Shown: one piece after another, positions 39,882 through 48,656 of the stretch | Numbering within the stretch: position 1 is the first letter of the stretch | Layout of the letters: the number at the start of each line of letters is the position of its first letter | DNA from: Candidatus Amesbacteria bacterium | Lineage (GTDB): Bacteria > Patescibacteriota > Microgenomatia > CAZETR01 > Amesbacteraceae | Direction of reading: 5' to 3' | Assembly (NCBI GenBank): GCA_027371535.1 | Contig: DAHXMV010000004.1 | Location: 3,666 to 67,665 of the forward strand | Length of the DNA stretch: 64,000 nucleotides | The notes under the pieces: model-generated | What the model saw: only the letters and a program-made list of their open reading frames with translations | Told to the model about the DNA's origin: nothing | Databases searched by the model: none | Program-made: the position numbers and the translations under genes

Positions 39882-40388
39882 ATGATTAAAAAAGGTTTTT
39901 CACTGATCGAAATACTATTGGGGATATCGTTATTTATTATTATGTCCGCAACTGCCGGAGCAGTACTTGTGAATTCTCTTAGAAGCGCACGCAAAGCTTC
40001 GGCGACAACTCTGGCCAAAAATGAAGGGCAGTATGCCCTGAAAACTATACAGCAGGCAATTTTATTTGCGGCAGATGCGACGTGCGTTTCGGGGACAACG
40101 CTGAATTATCATGTGGAGAATGATCCTACAAACACTTTACACACTTATTCCCTTAACGGGGCGGCTATCCGGGCGGACGGAAATCCGATGACTTCGACCA
40201 GTGTGTCTATCGCCCAGGGATCATGCACCAATGTGTTCACCTGTTCGACAAACGGCAGTGGTTTTGTGACCACAGTGGAAATTTGCTTTGTAATTAACAA
40301 TGCCAACGGAATTGATGTTTCAGATACAGCTGGTATTTCGGGATTAAAGTTTGACACACTGGCGACGCTATTAAATACGAAAAATTAG
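39882..40388 (+). CDS. Minor pilin/pseudopilin
   Basis: MIKKGFSLIEILLGISLFII canonical prepilin leader. Confidence 0.6.
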   Translation: MIKKGFSLIEILLGISLFIIMSATAGAVLVNSLRSARKASATTLAKNEGQYALKTIQQAILFAADATCVSGTTLNYHVENDPTNTLHTYSLNGAAIRADGNPMTSTSVSIAQGSCTNVFTCSTNGSGFVTTVEICFVINNANGIDVSDTAGISGLKFDTLATLLNTKN

Positions 40389-40435
40389 GGTTGGAAATTG
40401 CATAAAGATGTGCGATAGTTATAATAAATAAAGAT

Positions 40436-41269
40436 ATGAAATCGGGGCAGGTGCTGATAATTACTTTGTTGGTTTTAAGCGTGGTGGCTACAGTCGCCAT
40501 GTCGATTGCTTCCAGAAGCGTGACGGAGGTGCAGGTATCGACGACACAGGATGAATCTTCCAGGGCGCTGGATGCGGCAGAAGTGGGACTGGAAAAATTT
40601 TTAAGTGTGACGGGAGTACCTTCAACCGGAATTTCTTCAACCAGTGTGAACAGTATTAATGCCAGCTATACAATTCCGGCACCAACGGGTTTGGGAAATT
40701 CATCTTCGTTTGATGTCCCCTACTCTCTGGATGAAGGCGATGTGGCGACGGTGGATTTACCGGCAAATCCCGGGACTTCAGTCAAAGTCTGTTGGAATGG
40801 CGGTACCGGAGCAACTTCGTCTAAAGTGGAAGTGGCATTTTTTTATCAGGATAGAGCGCATAAAGTATATGTAAAAAGAATGGGTTATGACCCTGTAGCA
40901 AGCGGCAATAATTTTATTACTTCAGGGGTAGTGACTTCATCAGCAACCTGCGGATCTACCAGTTATAGTTTTTCAAAAACAATACAACTGAATAACGATA
41001 ACCCGCCGGGGAGCGGGAATATGAATTTAGGTTTGCCAACAAATTCGACCATATTTATGCGGATCAGGATGTTGGGTAACAGTTCCACTGGTCCCCAAAA
41101 TGTGGGGGTGGCACTGAGCGGGGTAAATTTACCGCAGCAGGGAGGAATAGTTGAGGCGGTGGGAGTTGCCGGTTCGACATCACAAAGAGTCAGGGCGACA
41201 GTCAGTTACTATGATCTGCCGACAATGTTTGACAGTGCCATTTTTTCCGGAGGACAGATAGTTAAATGA
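40436..41269 (+). CDS. PilX-like minor pilin (PilX_N domain)
   Basis: MKSGQVLIITLLVLSVVATVAMSIASRS...ALDAAEVGLE resembles the PilX N-terminal domain. Confidence 0.5.
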   Translation: MKSGQVLIITLLVLSVVATVAMSIASRSVTEVQVSTTQDESSRALDAAEVGLEKFLSVTGVPSTGISSTSVNSINASYTIPAPTGLGNSSSFDVPYSLDEGDVATVDLPANPGTSVKVCWNGGTGATSSKVEVAFFYQDRAHKVYVKRMGYDPVASGNNFITSGVVTSSATCGSTSYSFSKTIQLNNDNPPGSGNMNLGLPTNSTIFMRIRMLGNSSTGPQNVGVALSGVNLPQQGGIVEAVGVAGSTSQRVRATVSYYDLPTMFDSAIFSGGQIVK

Positions 41270-41286
41270 ACTTTTCGATATAGATT

Positions 41287-42309
41287 ATGAGCAACCTGCC
41301 CAGAATCGGAATAGATATAGGGACGACATCCATCAAAATGGTGGAGCTTTTGCCGGCGGGGAGAGATAAATGGAGACTGTTGACTGCGGCATCGATGCCG
41401 TCGGTGGCCGGCGGGATATTGGCTAACCAAGCTAATCTGGCAGCATTTTCCCAAGTGATTATAAAAATGCGTAAAGAAGCGGGGATGAAAAGCCAAAGGG
41501 TGATTGCCGCACTGCCTGAGGAACAGGTATCTTCACATGTGGTAGAACTGCCACTCATGAGCGAGGACGAGGTAAAACAGGCCCTGCAATGGCAGGTAGA
41601 GCAGTATATTCCTATCCCGGCTGACCGGGCAGTTTGGAGTTCGCAGACGATCAGGAAAGACCCGGCTACCGGCGGAATGGAGGTATTACTGGTGGCCGCG
41701 GCAAAAAATCTGGTTAATGCCTATATTAACGTTTTGGAACAGGCGGGACTGGAAGTGGTGGCAATGGAGACGGAATTGATGGCCACAGCCAGAGCGGAGG
41801 TGCCGGCTGACTATCCCCTATCGCTTGTCGTAGACATCGGCTCAAAAAGCACGGACATGGGCGTGGTCCAAAAGGGCCAATTGGTTTTTGCCCGAACGGT
41901 GGCTACGGCCGGGGATGCTTTTACCCGGGCAATCCAGGCTGCTCTCGGTTTGGATGCAGCCCAGGCGGAACAATATAAAAACACTTACGGGTTTTCTGGG
42001 GATAAACTCAATGGGAAATTGGCTGAAGCCATGCGGCCGGTTTTGAATGTAATCGCCTCGGAAATTAAAAAAACGGTCGATTTTTATACTTCCAAACACT
42101 TAGGCGAAGGCCTGAACCTGGTGACAATTTCCGGAGGGGTTTCGGTTTTGCCCGATATGGTAGGAGTGTTGACGGGGATGCTCGGTTTGGAGGTATCTAT
42201 CGGCAACCCGTTTATGAAATTGGTAATGGATAAAAATCAGACTCAGGCTCTGGCCGGCAACGGGCCGATTTACGGTGTGGCGGTGGGCCTGGCAATGAGA
42301 GATATATGA
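41287..42309 (+). CDS. pilM: Type IV pilus assembly protein PilM (actin-like ATPase fold)
   Basis: IGIDIGTTSIKMVEL and two actin-fold phosphate motifs (VVDIGSKSTD). Confidence 0.8.
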   Translation: MSNLPRIGIDIGTTSIKMVELLPAGRDKWRLLTAASMPSVAGGILANQANLAAFSQVIIKMRKEAGMKSQRVIAALPEEQVSSHVVELPLMSEDEVKQALQWQVEQYIPIPADRAVWSSQTIRKDPATGGMEVLLVAAAKNLVNAYINVLEQAGLEVVAMETELMATARAEVPADYPLSLVVDIGSKSTDMGVVQKGQLVFARTVATAGDAFTRAIQAALGLDAAQAEQYKNTYGFSGDKLNGKLAEAMRPVLNVIASEIKKTVDFYTSKHLGEGLNLVTISGGVSVLPDMVGVLTGMLGLEVSIGNPFMKLVMDKNQTQALAGNGPIYGVAVGLAMRDI

Positions 42310-42824
42310 TAAATTTTGTCATCAAAGAGGACAAGAGCGGACAGATAATAGATCAGGTTAAACGGGTAGTCACGGTAATTACTTCCGTGGTACTGATAGT
42401 TTATATCGTGGTAGCAGCGGGAGTAATCGGCTGGATGGTATGGGAGAATTCCCGGGCGAAAAAAACCACTGTGGATACCAGTGATGTAATAAAACAGATT
42501 CAGGATTTATCGGCAAAAGAGATAGTAATAAGGAATTTAGCCGACCGGGCCAATCTGGTGGAAAGTTTTTTGGGCGAACGCGGTGATTCATCCCAGTCGG
42601 CATATTTGCTGGGTTCACCGGGAAACAAAATTGTGAGTTGGAATTATGTTTTGGGAGGAGCGGAAGTAGTGAGTGTAGCCGCCAGCCAACCGGCAGAGCT
42701 GAAAGTTTATATGGATTACCTGGGCGAAAAATACGTGCAGGTCAGAACTGAAAAAGTGGAGTGGACACCTGAGAATGGATGGAAAGGGATATTTGACGTA
42801 ACGAGAAAGAAAGGGGCCACATGA
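42306..42824 (+). CDS. PilN-like bitopic membrane protein
   Basis: Single TM after a short cytoplasmic N-terminus, in the pilM-pilN-pilO position, with a 4-nt overlap with pilM. Confidence 0.5.
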   Translation: MINFVIKEDKSGQIIDQVKRVVTVITSVVLIVYIVVAAGVIGWMVWENSRAKKTTVDTSDVIKQIQDLSAKEIVIRNLADRANLVESFLGERGDSSQSAYLLGSPGNKIVSWNYVLGGAEVVSVAASQPAELKVYMDYLGEKYVQVRTEKVEWTPENGWKGIFDVTRKKGAT

Positions 42825-43513
42825 ATACGGGTTTAAACAGGTTCAAAATATCGGACTGGGTGTGGATTTTTTATCCGCTGATAGTAGTGACATTTATTAT
42901 AGTCAGCGCCGGTTATTTGTTGGGTTCCGGGTCGACCAGTATTCAGGTATTGCTGAGTAAACAACAAAAAACGGATGACCAGCAAAACCAATTATCCAAA
43001 CTGAAACTAAAACTGGAAACTTTAAAAAGTGCGGATACTGATCAGGAGGGCCAAAAACTAACCCAGCTTTTAGTAGCCATGCCGCCGGCCAAAAGGGTAT
43101 GGTATTTATTAGAAGCTGTAAATAAATCAGCCAGCGATGCGGGAGTGCTGATCAATCAATTTAACGGTAATGTTGGCGATGTCAAAGAAGCTACTGCTTC
43201 AGCAACGGTATCGGGTCAGATAACTCCTACGGATCAGACACAAAAAACCATGAGTCTCAATGTGGAATTTGCCCAGATGGATTTTCCGAGTATGACTAAA
43301 ATAATTTCAGAGCTGGAAGGAGATTTACCACTGGTCAAAGTAAAAAAGGTTGATTTTACCTTATCCAAAACGACGATTGATTTGGAAGGCGGATGGGGAC
43401 AGTTGATAAAGCCATCATTGGATGCCACCCTGCCGTTACCAAATTATATCGTGATATCCCAACGGGCTTTACAGCATATTCAGGGGATGTCTGACCTGAC
43501 CACTCTGAATTAA
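42821..43513 (+). CDS. PilO-like bitopic membrane protein
   Basis: Single TM plus a coiled-coil (LSKLKLKLETLKSAD), with a 4-nt overlap with pilN. Confidence 0.5.
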   Translation: MNTGLNRFKISDWVWIFYPLIVVTFIIVSAGYLLGSGSTSIQVLLSKQQKTDDQQNQLSKLKLKLETLKSADTDQEGQKLTQLLVAMPPAKRVWYLLEAVNKSASDAGVLINQFNGNVGDVKEATASATVSGQITPTDQTQKTMSLNVEFAQMDFPSMTKIISELEGDLPLVKVKKVDFTLSKTTIDLEGGWGQLIKPSLDATLPLPNYIVISQRALQHIQGMSDLTTLN

Positions 43514-43514
43514 A

Positions 43515-43757
43515 TTAAGGGCTTTCGGGGGCCGGCGGAGTCAACAAAGTGAGATTCGGAGGAGGTAATTGATGAATGGCGCAGTAGGTTTTTAAAAGGG
43601 TGCGGACAGCGTTAATAACATTTCCCTGCTTCCCAATTACCCGGCCGACGTCGGCATCGGCAACCTTGAGACTGATATTTCCTGATTCGACGGTGATTTT
43701 TAAGGCGTCGGGTTCGGTCAAAAGCGGAGAAACGATAAATTTTAAAAAATCCTGCAT
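43515..43757 (-). CDS. KH-domain RNA-binding protein (YlqC/UPF0109 family)
   Basis: VGRVIGKQGNVINAVRTL is the KH GxxG loop. Its position after rpsP is conserved. Confidence 0.6.
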   Translation of the reverse strand: MQDFLKFIVSPLLTEPDALKITVESGNISLKVADADVGRVIGKQGNVINAVRTLLKTYCAIHQLPPPNLTLLTPPAPESP

Positions 43758-43761
43758 GGTA

Positions 43762-43983
43762 TCAGATTTTTAACAGGCGTTTAACTTTGGGGGTAGGCTG
43801 GGCGCCTTTTTTGATCCATTCACTGACCGCGTCCTGATCAAATGTCAGTTTGTTAGCCAACGGATGGTAATCACCCAGAATTACCAAATTGTCACTGGTG
43901 AGCTTGGAGTTTTCTTCCATTACCACTATCCGGTAATGCGGTTCATGTTTTTTACCTAAGGGAGAAAGTTTGATTTTCAACAT
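43762..43983 (-). CDS. rpsP: 30S ribosomal protein S16
   Basis: MLKIKLSPLGKKHEPHYRIVV matches the S16 N-terminus (R..G.K..P.YRIVV). Confidence 0.9.
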   Translation of the reverse strand: MLKIKLSPLGKKHEPHYRIVVMEENSKLTSDNLVILGDYHPLANKLTFDQDAVSEWIKKGAQPTPKVKRLLKI

Positions 43984-44011
43984 GAGATGATTTTACCATG
44001 AAACGGTTTTT

Positions 44012-44674
44012 TTAGGGAAAAAGAGCGGCTAAGGCAACTTTGGCAGCCTGAGTTTCGGCTTTTTGTTTGCTGGCTCCGGTGCCTGTCCCCCTGGACTGGC
44101 CGTTGATATCCACAGATATAGTGAATTGTTTGGCATGGTCGGGTCCGGAAGTTTCGGTGATGCGGTAGGTAGGCGTGCCCAAACCTTTGGCCTGGGAAAG
44201 CTCCTGCAACAAACTTTTGGGGTCTTTGGCTTTTATTTCTTCCGAGAGGAGAATACTATCCGGGAAGATCAGGTTCAGAAATCGGTAGCAGGCGGATATT
44301 CCGGAATCGATAAAAATGGCCCCCAGGACGGCTTCAAAGGTGTTAGCCAGCAAGCCCGAATTAGTCCGGCCGCCGGATTCTTCCTCTCCCCGGCTAAGTC
44401 TGAGCAGTTTGTCAAAACCCAGCTCGGCGGATTTTTGGGCAAGGGTAGCCGTTTGGACCAGATATGATCTGCGGCTGGTTAATTCACCTTCGGGGGAAAC
44501 AGGGAGTTTTCTAAACAGTCTGTCGGAGATGATCAATGACAGAACAGAATCCCCTAAAAATTCCAGTCTTTCGTTGTGGACAGTCCCGGGGTGTTCATTA
44601 CAAAATGAACGATGGGTCAGAGCTTCGGTTAAAAGCTCCTGAGATTTTAAAAAGTCAGACAGGTTCAGGTTCAT
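44012..44674 (-). CDS. rnc: Ribonuclease III
   Basis: Catalytic ERLEFLGDSVLSLIISDRLF signature plus a C-terminal dsRBD. Confidence 0.9.
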   Translation of the reverse strand: MNLNLSDFLKSQELLTEALTHRSFCNEHPGTVHNERLEFLGDSVLSLIISDRLFRKLPVSPEGELTSRRSYLVQTATLAQKSAELGFDKLLRLSRGEEESGGRTNSGLLANTFEAVLGAIFIDSGISACYRFLNLIFPDSILLSEEIKAKDPKSLLQELSQAKGLGTPTYRITETSGPDHAKQFTISVDINGQSRGTGTGASKQKAETQAAKVALAALFP

Positions 44675-44909
44675 GACTATCCGGCTCCAGACTGTTTAAA
44701 AGGTCGCCGACGGTTTTGATGTCGTTTATTTTATCCTCGGGTAATATAAAGTCCAGAGCGTCCTGCATTCTGGTAATCAGGTCGGCCAGCTGCTCCGGGG
44801 TGAGATTGAAATCCGGCAGGAATTCACTATCCGGCAGGATATCTTCCGGCCGGAGATGGTATTCATTGGCCAGAAACTGGATAACGGCCTTTTTGAGATT
44901 AGGATTCAT
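44655..44909 (-). CDS. Acyl-carrier-protein-like four-helix protein lacking the phosphopantetheinylation serine (DSL replaced by FNL)
   Basis: Alignable to ACP helices I to IV (SF...LPDFNLTPEQLADLI vs SF...LGADSLDTVELV; ILPEDKINDIKTVGD vs EIPDEEAEKITTVQ). It occupies the conserved acpP-rnc position. Confidence 0.45.
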   Translation of the reverse strand: MNPNLKKAVIQFLANEYHLRPEDILPDSEFLPDFNLTPEQLADLITRMQDALDFILPEDKINDIKTVGDLLNSLEPDSHEPEPV

Positions 44910-45267
44910 TTTGATCTATTTTTTGATCTTTAACTAATTTTCCCAAAGCCCCGTTAATAAAGCCAGGACTGTTGGCGCTGCCAAATTCCTTGGCCAATTC
45001 AATGGCTTCGTCAATAATAACCTTGTAGGGGGCGTTTTTGTCAATAGCAAGTTCGTAAACGGCCAAACGGAGAATGGCTAAATCGATGGGATTGAGCTTG
45101 TCCAGCGGCCATTCCGGGGCCGCATCGGAAATTAAGGGATCAATTTCAGACAATTTTTTCCAAATTGGCTTTACCATATTATCGGGTTTTTGCTGAAATT
45201 GGGCTGAAAACAGGTGCTGAACCAGGGTAACCCGGTTTTTGTGACGCGGATCGTAAGCAGTTTTCAT
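44899..45267 (-). CDS. nusB: Transcription antitermination factor NusB
   Basis: All-helical, about 120 aa; KNRVTLVQHLFSAQF...LAILRLAVYEL fits the NusB family. Confidence 0.8.
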   Translation of the reverse strand: MKTAYDPRHKNRVTLVQHLFSAQFQQKPDNMVKPIWKKLSEIDPLISDAAPEWPLDKLNPIDLAILRLAVYELAIDKNAPYKVIIDEAIELAKEFGSANSPGFINGALGKLVKDQKIDQNES

Positions 45268-45297
45268 AATAAAACCAGTATAACAAGTTAAAAAAAT

Positions 45298-45756
45298 ATG
45301 TTAACAGGCAAAGAAAGTATTATACGTCGATGTATCGATTCATGGTACACTGATATTATGACTCCACTTTCGAGGTGGAAAATGGAAAAAGATGACGAGG
45401 AAAAAATCTGGCTGGTGTTAGTAAATGAGCTGGTAAAAATCCAAGGTAACCAGGATATGGAAGCGCTTTTAAAAGTGATTTTGACAGATACAGAACAGCT
45501 GATAATAGGAAAAAGACTACTAGCATTGATAATGGTGAATCAGGAATTTACCGATGTGCAGATAGCCAAAAGACTTCACCTTACGCGGGAAACTGTTAAA
45601 AGATTAAAGCTGAGATTTAGACATGAGGATGATTTGCGGAAACCAGTTAAAGCTATCGTGAGGCAAATGGAACAATCGGATATTTTAAAATCTTTACTTA
45701 AGAAATTACTTAGTTATGCAATTCCCGCTTTGGGAGGGAGGGCGCCAAGGAATTGA
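45298..45756 (+). CDS. TrpR-like YerC/YecD-family DNA-binding protein
   Basis: LTDTEQLIIGKRLLALIMVNQEFTDVQIAKRLHLTRETVKR is the TrpR_YerC helix-turn-helix region. The true start may be the internal Met at 45358. Confidence 0.55.
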   Translation: MLTGKESIIRRCIDSWYTDIMTPLSRWKMEKDDEEKIWLVLVNELVKIQGNQDMEALLKVILTDTEQLIIGKRLLALIMVNQEFTDVQIAKRLHLTRETVKRLKLRFRHEDDLRKPVKAIVRQMEQSDILKSLLKKLLSYAIPALGGRAPRN

Positions 45757-45955
45757 CAATGTATTATGCGTCGATGTATCGACGCATAATTTTGTTTTAA
45801 GGAGTTTTGTCGGTTATGACCAAACCGTTTCTGAAATGCATAGGTATAGTCTGTCATGACCTTAAATTGATTGATAAAAGTTTGGGGCGTTTTTTGGGAT
45901 TTATAAAATAAATAAAATATTTCATTTATTAACTTGTGTAACTATAATAATCATA

Positions 45956-46390
45956 GTGAGGGGAAATAAGTCAAAAGGAATAAAAGTTTTTTGTATTGTT
46001 GGAGTGATAGTAGCATTATTCACATTGATGGTCTTTATAAAGACAAGAGATTTGAGAGAGTTAGAGAGTGTTGCGTCAAAAATCCAAGTGAAGACAGGAC
46101 AATTAATAAGCAGATCGAGTCAAAATTCAGGTAATGTGTTGGGGAAGCCAATATATGCGGATCTAAATTTGTATTATAAACCGCTTAATAATTACTCTAA
46201 AAGAGATTTATATAATGAGATAATATCGTTACTTGAAAAAAACAATTGTAAAAGAGATTCAATAAACATTGTGCCTGATTATTATAGCGGCTCTATGAGG
46301 GGCGATACAGACAGTTTCGCTTTAATAAGAGTAGGTGTATATATTTATCCGGATATTAATCTGGTAGGAATTAGATACACACATAGATAA
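45956..46390 (+). CDS. Hypothetical AT-rich membrane-anchored protein
   Basis: N-terminal TM only; low GC. Confidence 0.3.
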   Translation: MRGNKSKGIKVFCIVGVIVALFTLMVFIKTRDLRELESVASKIQVKTGQLISRSSQNSGNVLGKPIYADLNLYYKPLNNYSKRDLYNEIISLLEKNNCKRDSINIVPDYYSGSMRGDTDSFALIRVGVYIYPDINLVGIRYTHR

Positions 46391-46419
46391 CTGAATGTTG
46401 TGGAATTTAAAAAAGAAGG

Positions 46420-46593
46420 CTAGCGGGTGACTTTGAGACCTTTGTAAAAACCGCAGTAGTGGCAGGCAGAATGGGAGCGGGTGGGCTTGTGGCAATTCGG
46501 ACATTCTACCAGAGTCGGCAGTTTCAGACGAATGCTGGCCCGGCGTTTGCCCTGGCGCATGGTGCTATTTCGGCGTTTTTGTAAGGGAGTCAT
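46420..46593 (-). CDS. rpmF: 50S ribosomal protein L32
   Basis: Manual translation: MTPLQKRRNSTMRQGKRRASIRLKLPTLVECPNCHKPTRSHSACHYCGFYKG, with the L32 CxxC...CxxC zinc ribbon. Below the ORF-track cutoff. Confidence 0.8.
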   Translation of the reverse strand: MTPLQKRRNSTMRQGKRRASIRLKLPTLVECPNCHKPTRSHSACHYCGFYKGLKVTR

Positions 46594-46594
46594 A

Positions 46595-48583
46595 TCAGTT
46601 TGGTTCGATGATGTGTATTTTATCTTCTTTGATTAACTGACGCAACAAGGGATATTCCTGAAGTTTGGGCAGGGTTTTTTGAGCAACGGATCTGGCTTTT
46701 TCAATTAGGGAGAAGTCATCATAGGTGGCGACTTTAAAATCGGGGAAACCATGCTGGGCGGTGCCGTAAATTTCACCCGGACCACGGTATTTGAGATCGG
46801 CTTCCGCCAATTCCATGCCCGAATCCAGGTGTTCCAGGTTTTTTAAACGGGTTATGCCTGTTTCATCACTGGTGAAAAGCAGGCAGTAGGACTGGATCTG
46901 ACTGCGACCCACCCGACCACGCAATTGGTGCAACTGGGCCAGCCCGAAACGTTCAGCCCCCTCAATGATCATCAGAGCGGCTCCCGGAATGTCCAGCCCG
47001 ACTTCCACCACCGGAGTGGCAACCAGAATATCCAGTTTTTTGGACCGGAATTTATCCAGAACATCATTTTTTTCCGCAGCTTTTAATTTCCCGTGCAGAA
47101 GACCCAATTTAAGGCGGGGGAAAATTTCCTGCAGGTGGATAAATTCGGCTTTGGCGGCTTTGACGGAAGTCAGGGTGTCGCTATCCTCGATAAAAGGGCA
47201 GACCCAAAAAGCTTGAGAGGCGTATTTAACCATTTGATCATTTAACCATTTGTATGAGGATTCGCGTTTGTATTCCGGAACCACCCAGGTTTTGACGGGC
47301 AACCTGCCGGCGGGTTTGGCATCCAATACCGACAGGTCCAGATCTCCGTACATGGCGAGGGCAACCGTTCGGGGTATGGGGGTGGCGGTCATAGTCAGAG
47401 TGTGGGGGGTTTCCCCGATTTTGGCGGCCCGGGAGCGCTGCATGACACCGAAACGATGCTGTTCGTCGATGACAACCAAACCCACATCGGAAAAATTCAG
47501 ATTTTGGGACAGGAGGGCATGGGTACCGACAACAATTTTTAATTTTGTATTTTCAATTTTTAATTTTGAAGCGCCGGTGATCAGGCCGATGTCTACACCG
47601 TATGGCTTAAACATGGCGGAAAAGGTCTGAAAATGCTGCTCGGCTAAAATTTGGGTGGGAGCAAGAATTACCGTCCTGAAGCCGTTTAAGTGAGCAACGT
47701 ATGCCGCCACGGCGGCTACTACGGTTTTACCGCTGCCGACATCGCCTTCCAACAGACGGTTCATAGGCCGGCTGAGACTCAGATCCGACAATATTTCTTT
47801 CAATGACCGGTTTTGGGAGGCAGTAAGGGAAAAAGGCAAGTTGTTCATAAATTTCAGAATTTTTTCCTGATCGACAATAAAAGCGTGAGTCAGTCTGGTC
47901 CGCTCCCAGATATCTTTTCTGATAAGTGATGCCAATTGAAGCAGGAACAATTCGTCAAAAGCCAGACGGTTTCTGGCGACCCGGGCGGTTTCCAGATTTT
48001 GGGGGAAATGAACATCTTTCAGGGCTGCCAGCCAACCGGGCATATCAATATCCGGGGGAAGAATTTCGGCCGTGTCCATAACTGATAATAAGTGATGGAT
48101 TTTGGTGCGGAGCCATTTGGATGAGATTCCGGCGGTTTCCGGATAAATCGGGACAATCCTGCCCATATGCAATAATATGCCGGAAGGAATTTCAAAATCC
48201 GGAGAAACCAGGGCGGGTAGATTTTTGTAATAATCCACCTTGCCCCAAAGGGCAATTCCCTGGTTCTTGGCCAGGGATTTTACCAGGTAAGGCTGGTTAA
48301 ACCAGATAACATTGATGCTGCCCGTGCCGTCGGTGACCTGGCCAACCTGGATAAACTTTCCCCGGTGGGTAAATTCGTTTTTCAAGGAAGTGATTTTTCC
48401 GATGACGGTAGATGTTTCTCCGGGCTGAAGCCGGTCAACAGCTGAGGTAAATGTCCGGTCTTCATAACGAAAGGGTAAGTGGTACAGAAAGTCAAAAACG
48501 GTTTTAATACCCAGTTTTTCCAGTTTTTTACCCAATGCCCCTCCGATTCCCGGGAGAGTGGTTACCGGAGAAGAAAGATCCAT
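46595..48583 (-). CDS. recG: ATP-dependent DNA helicase RecG
   Basis: Wedge/OB N-terminal domain, Walker A GDVGSGKT, DEQHRFGV, TATPIPRT and QLRGRVGR motifs. Confidence 0.9.
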   Translation of the reverse strand: MDLSSPVTTLPGIGGALGKKLEKLGIKTVFDFLYHLPFRYEDRTFTSAVDRLQPGETSTVIGKITSLKNEFTHRGKFIQVGQVTDGTGSINVIWFNQPYLVKSLAKNQGIALWGKVDYYKNLPALVSPDFEIPSGILLHMGRIVPIYPETAGISSKWLRTKIHHLLSVMDTAEILPPDIDMPGWLAALKDVHFPQNLETARVARNRLAFDELFLLQLASLIRKDIWERTRLTHAFIVDQEKILKFMNNLPFSLTASQNRSLKEILSDLSLSRPMNRLLEGDVGSGKTVVAAVAAYVAHLNGFRTVILAPTQILAEQHFQTFSAMFKPYGVDIGLITGASKLKIENTKLKIVVGTHALLSQNLNFSDVGLVVIDEQHRFGVMQRSRAAKIGETPHTLTMTATPIPRTVALAMYGDLDLSVLDAKPAGRLPVKTWVVPEYKRESSYKWLNDQMVKYASQAFWVCPFIEDSDTLTSVKAAKAEFIHLQEIFPRLKLGLLHGKLKAAEKNDVLDKFRSKKLDILVATPVVEVGLDIPGAALMIIEGAERFGLAQLHQLRGRVGRSQIQSYCLLFTSDETGITRLKNLEHLDSGMELAEADLKYRGPGEIYGTAQHGFPDFKVATYDDFSLIEKARSVAQKTLPKLQEYPLLRQLIKEDKIHIIEPN

Positions 48584-48656
48584 TATTTTATAATATAGGA
48601 AATGTAGGGAAGGACTGTTCCCAACAAAAGAGCGAGAGAACTGATGACGATTAAAA

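Noticed and set aside
43513-43515. Possible missing terminator between convergent pilO and the KH-domain gene (1-nt gap)
   Set aside because: An observation only. No hairpin can fit, so there is nothing to annotate; it may simply reflect compact genome organisation.
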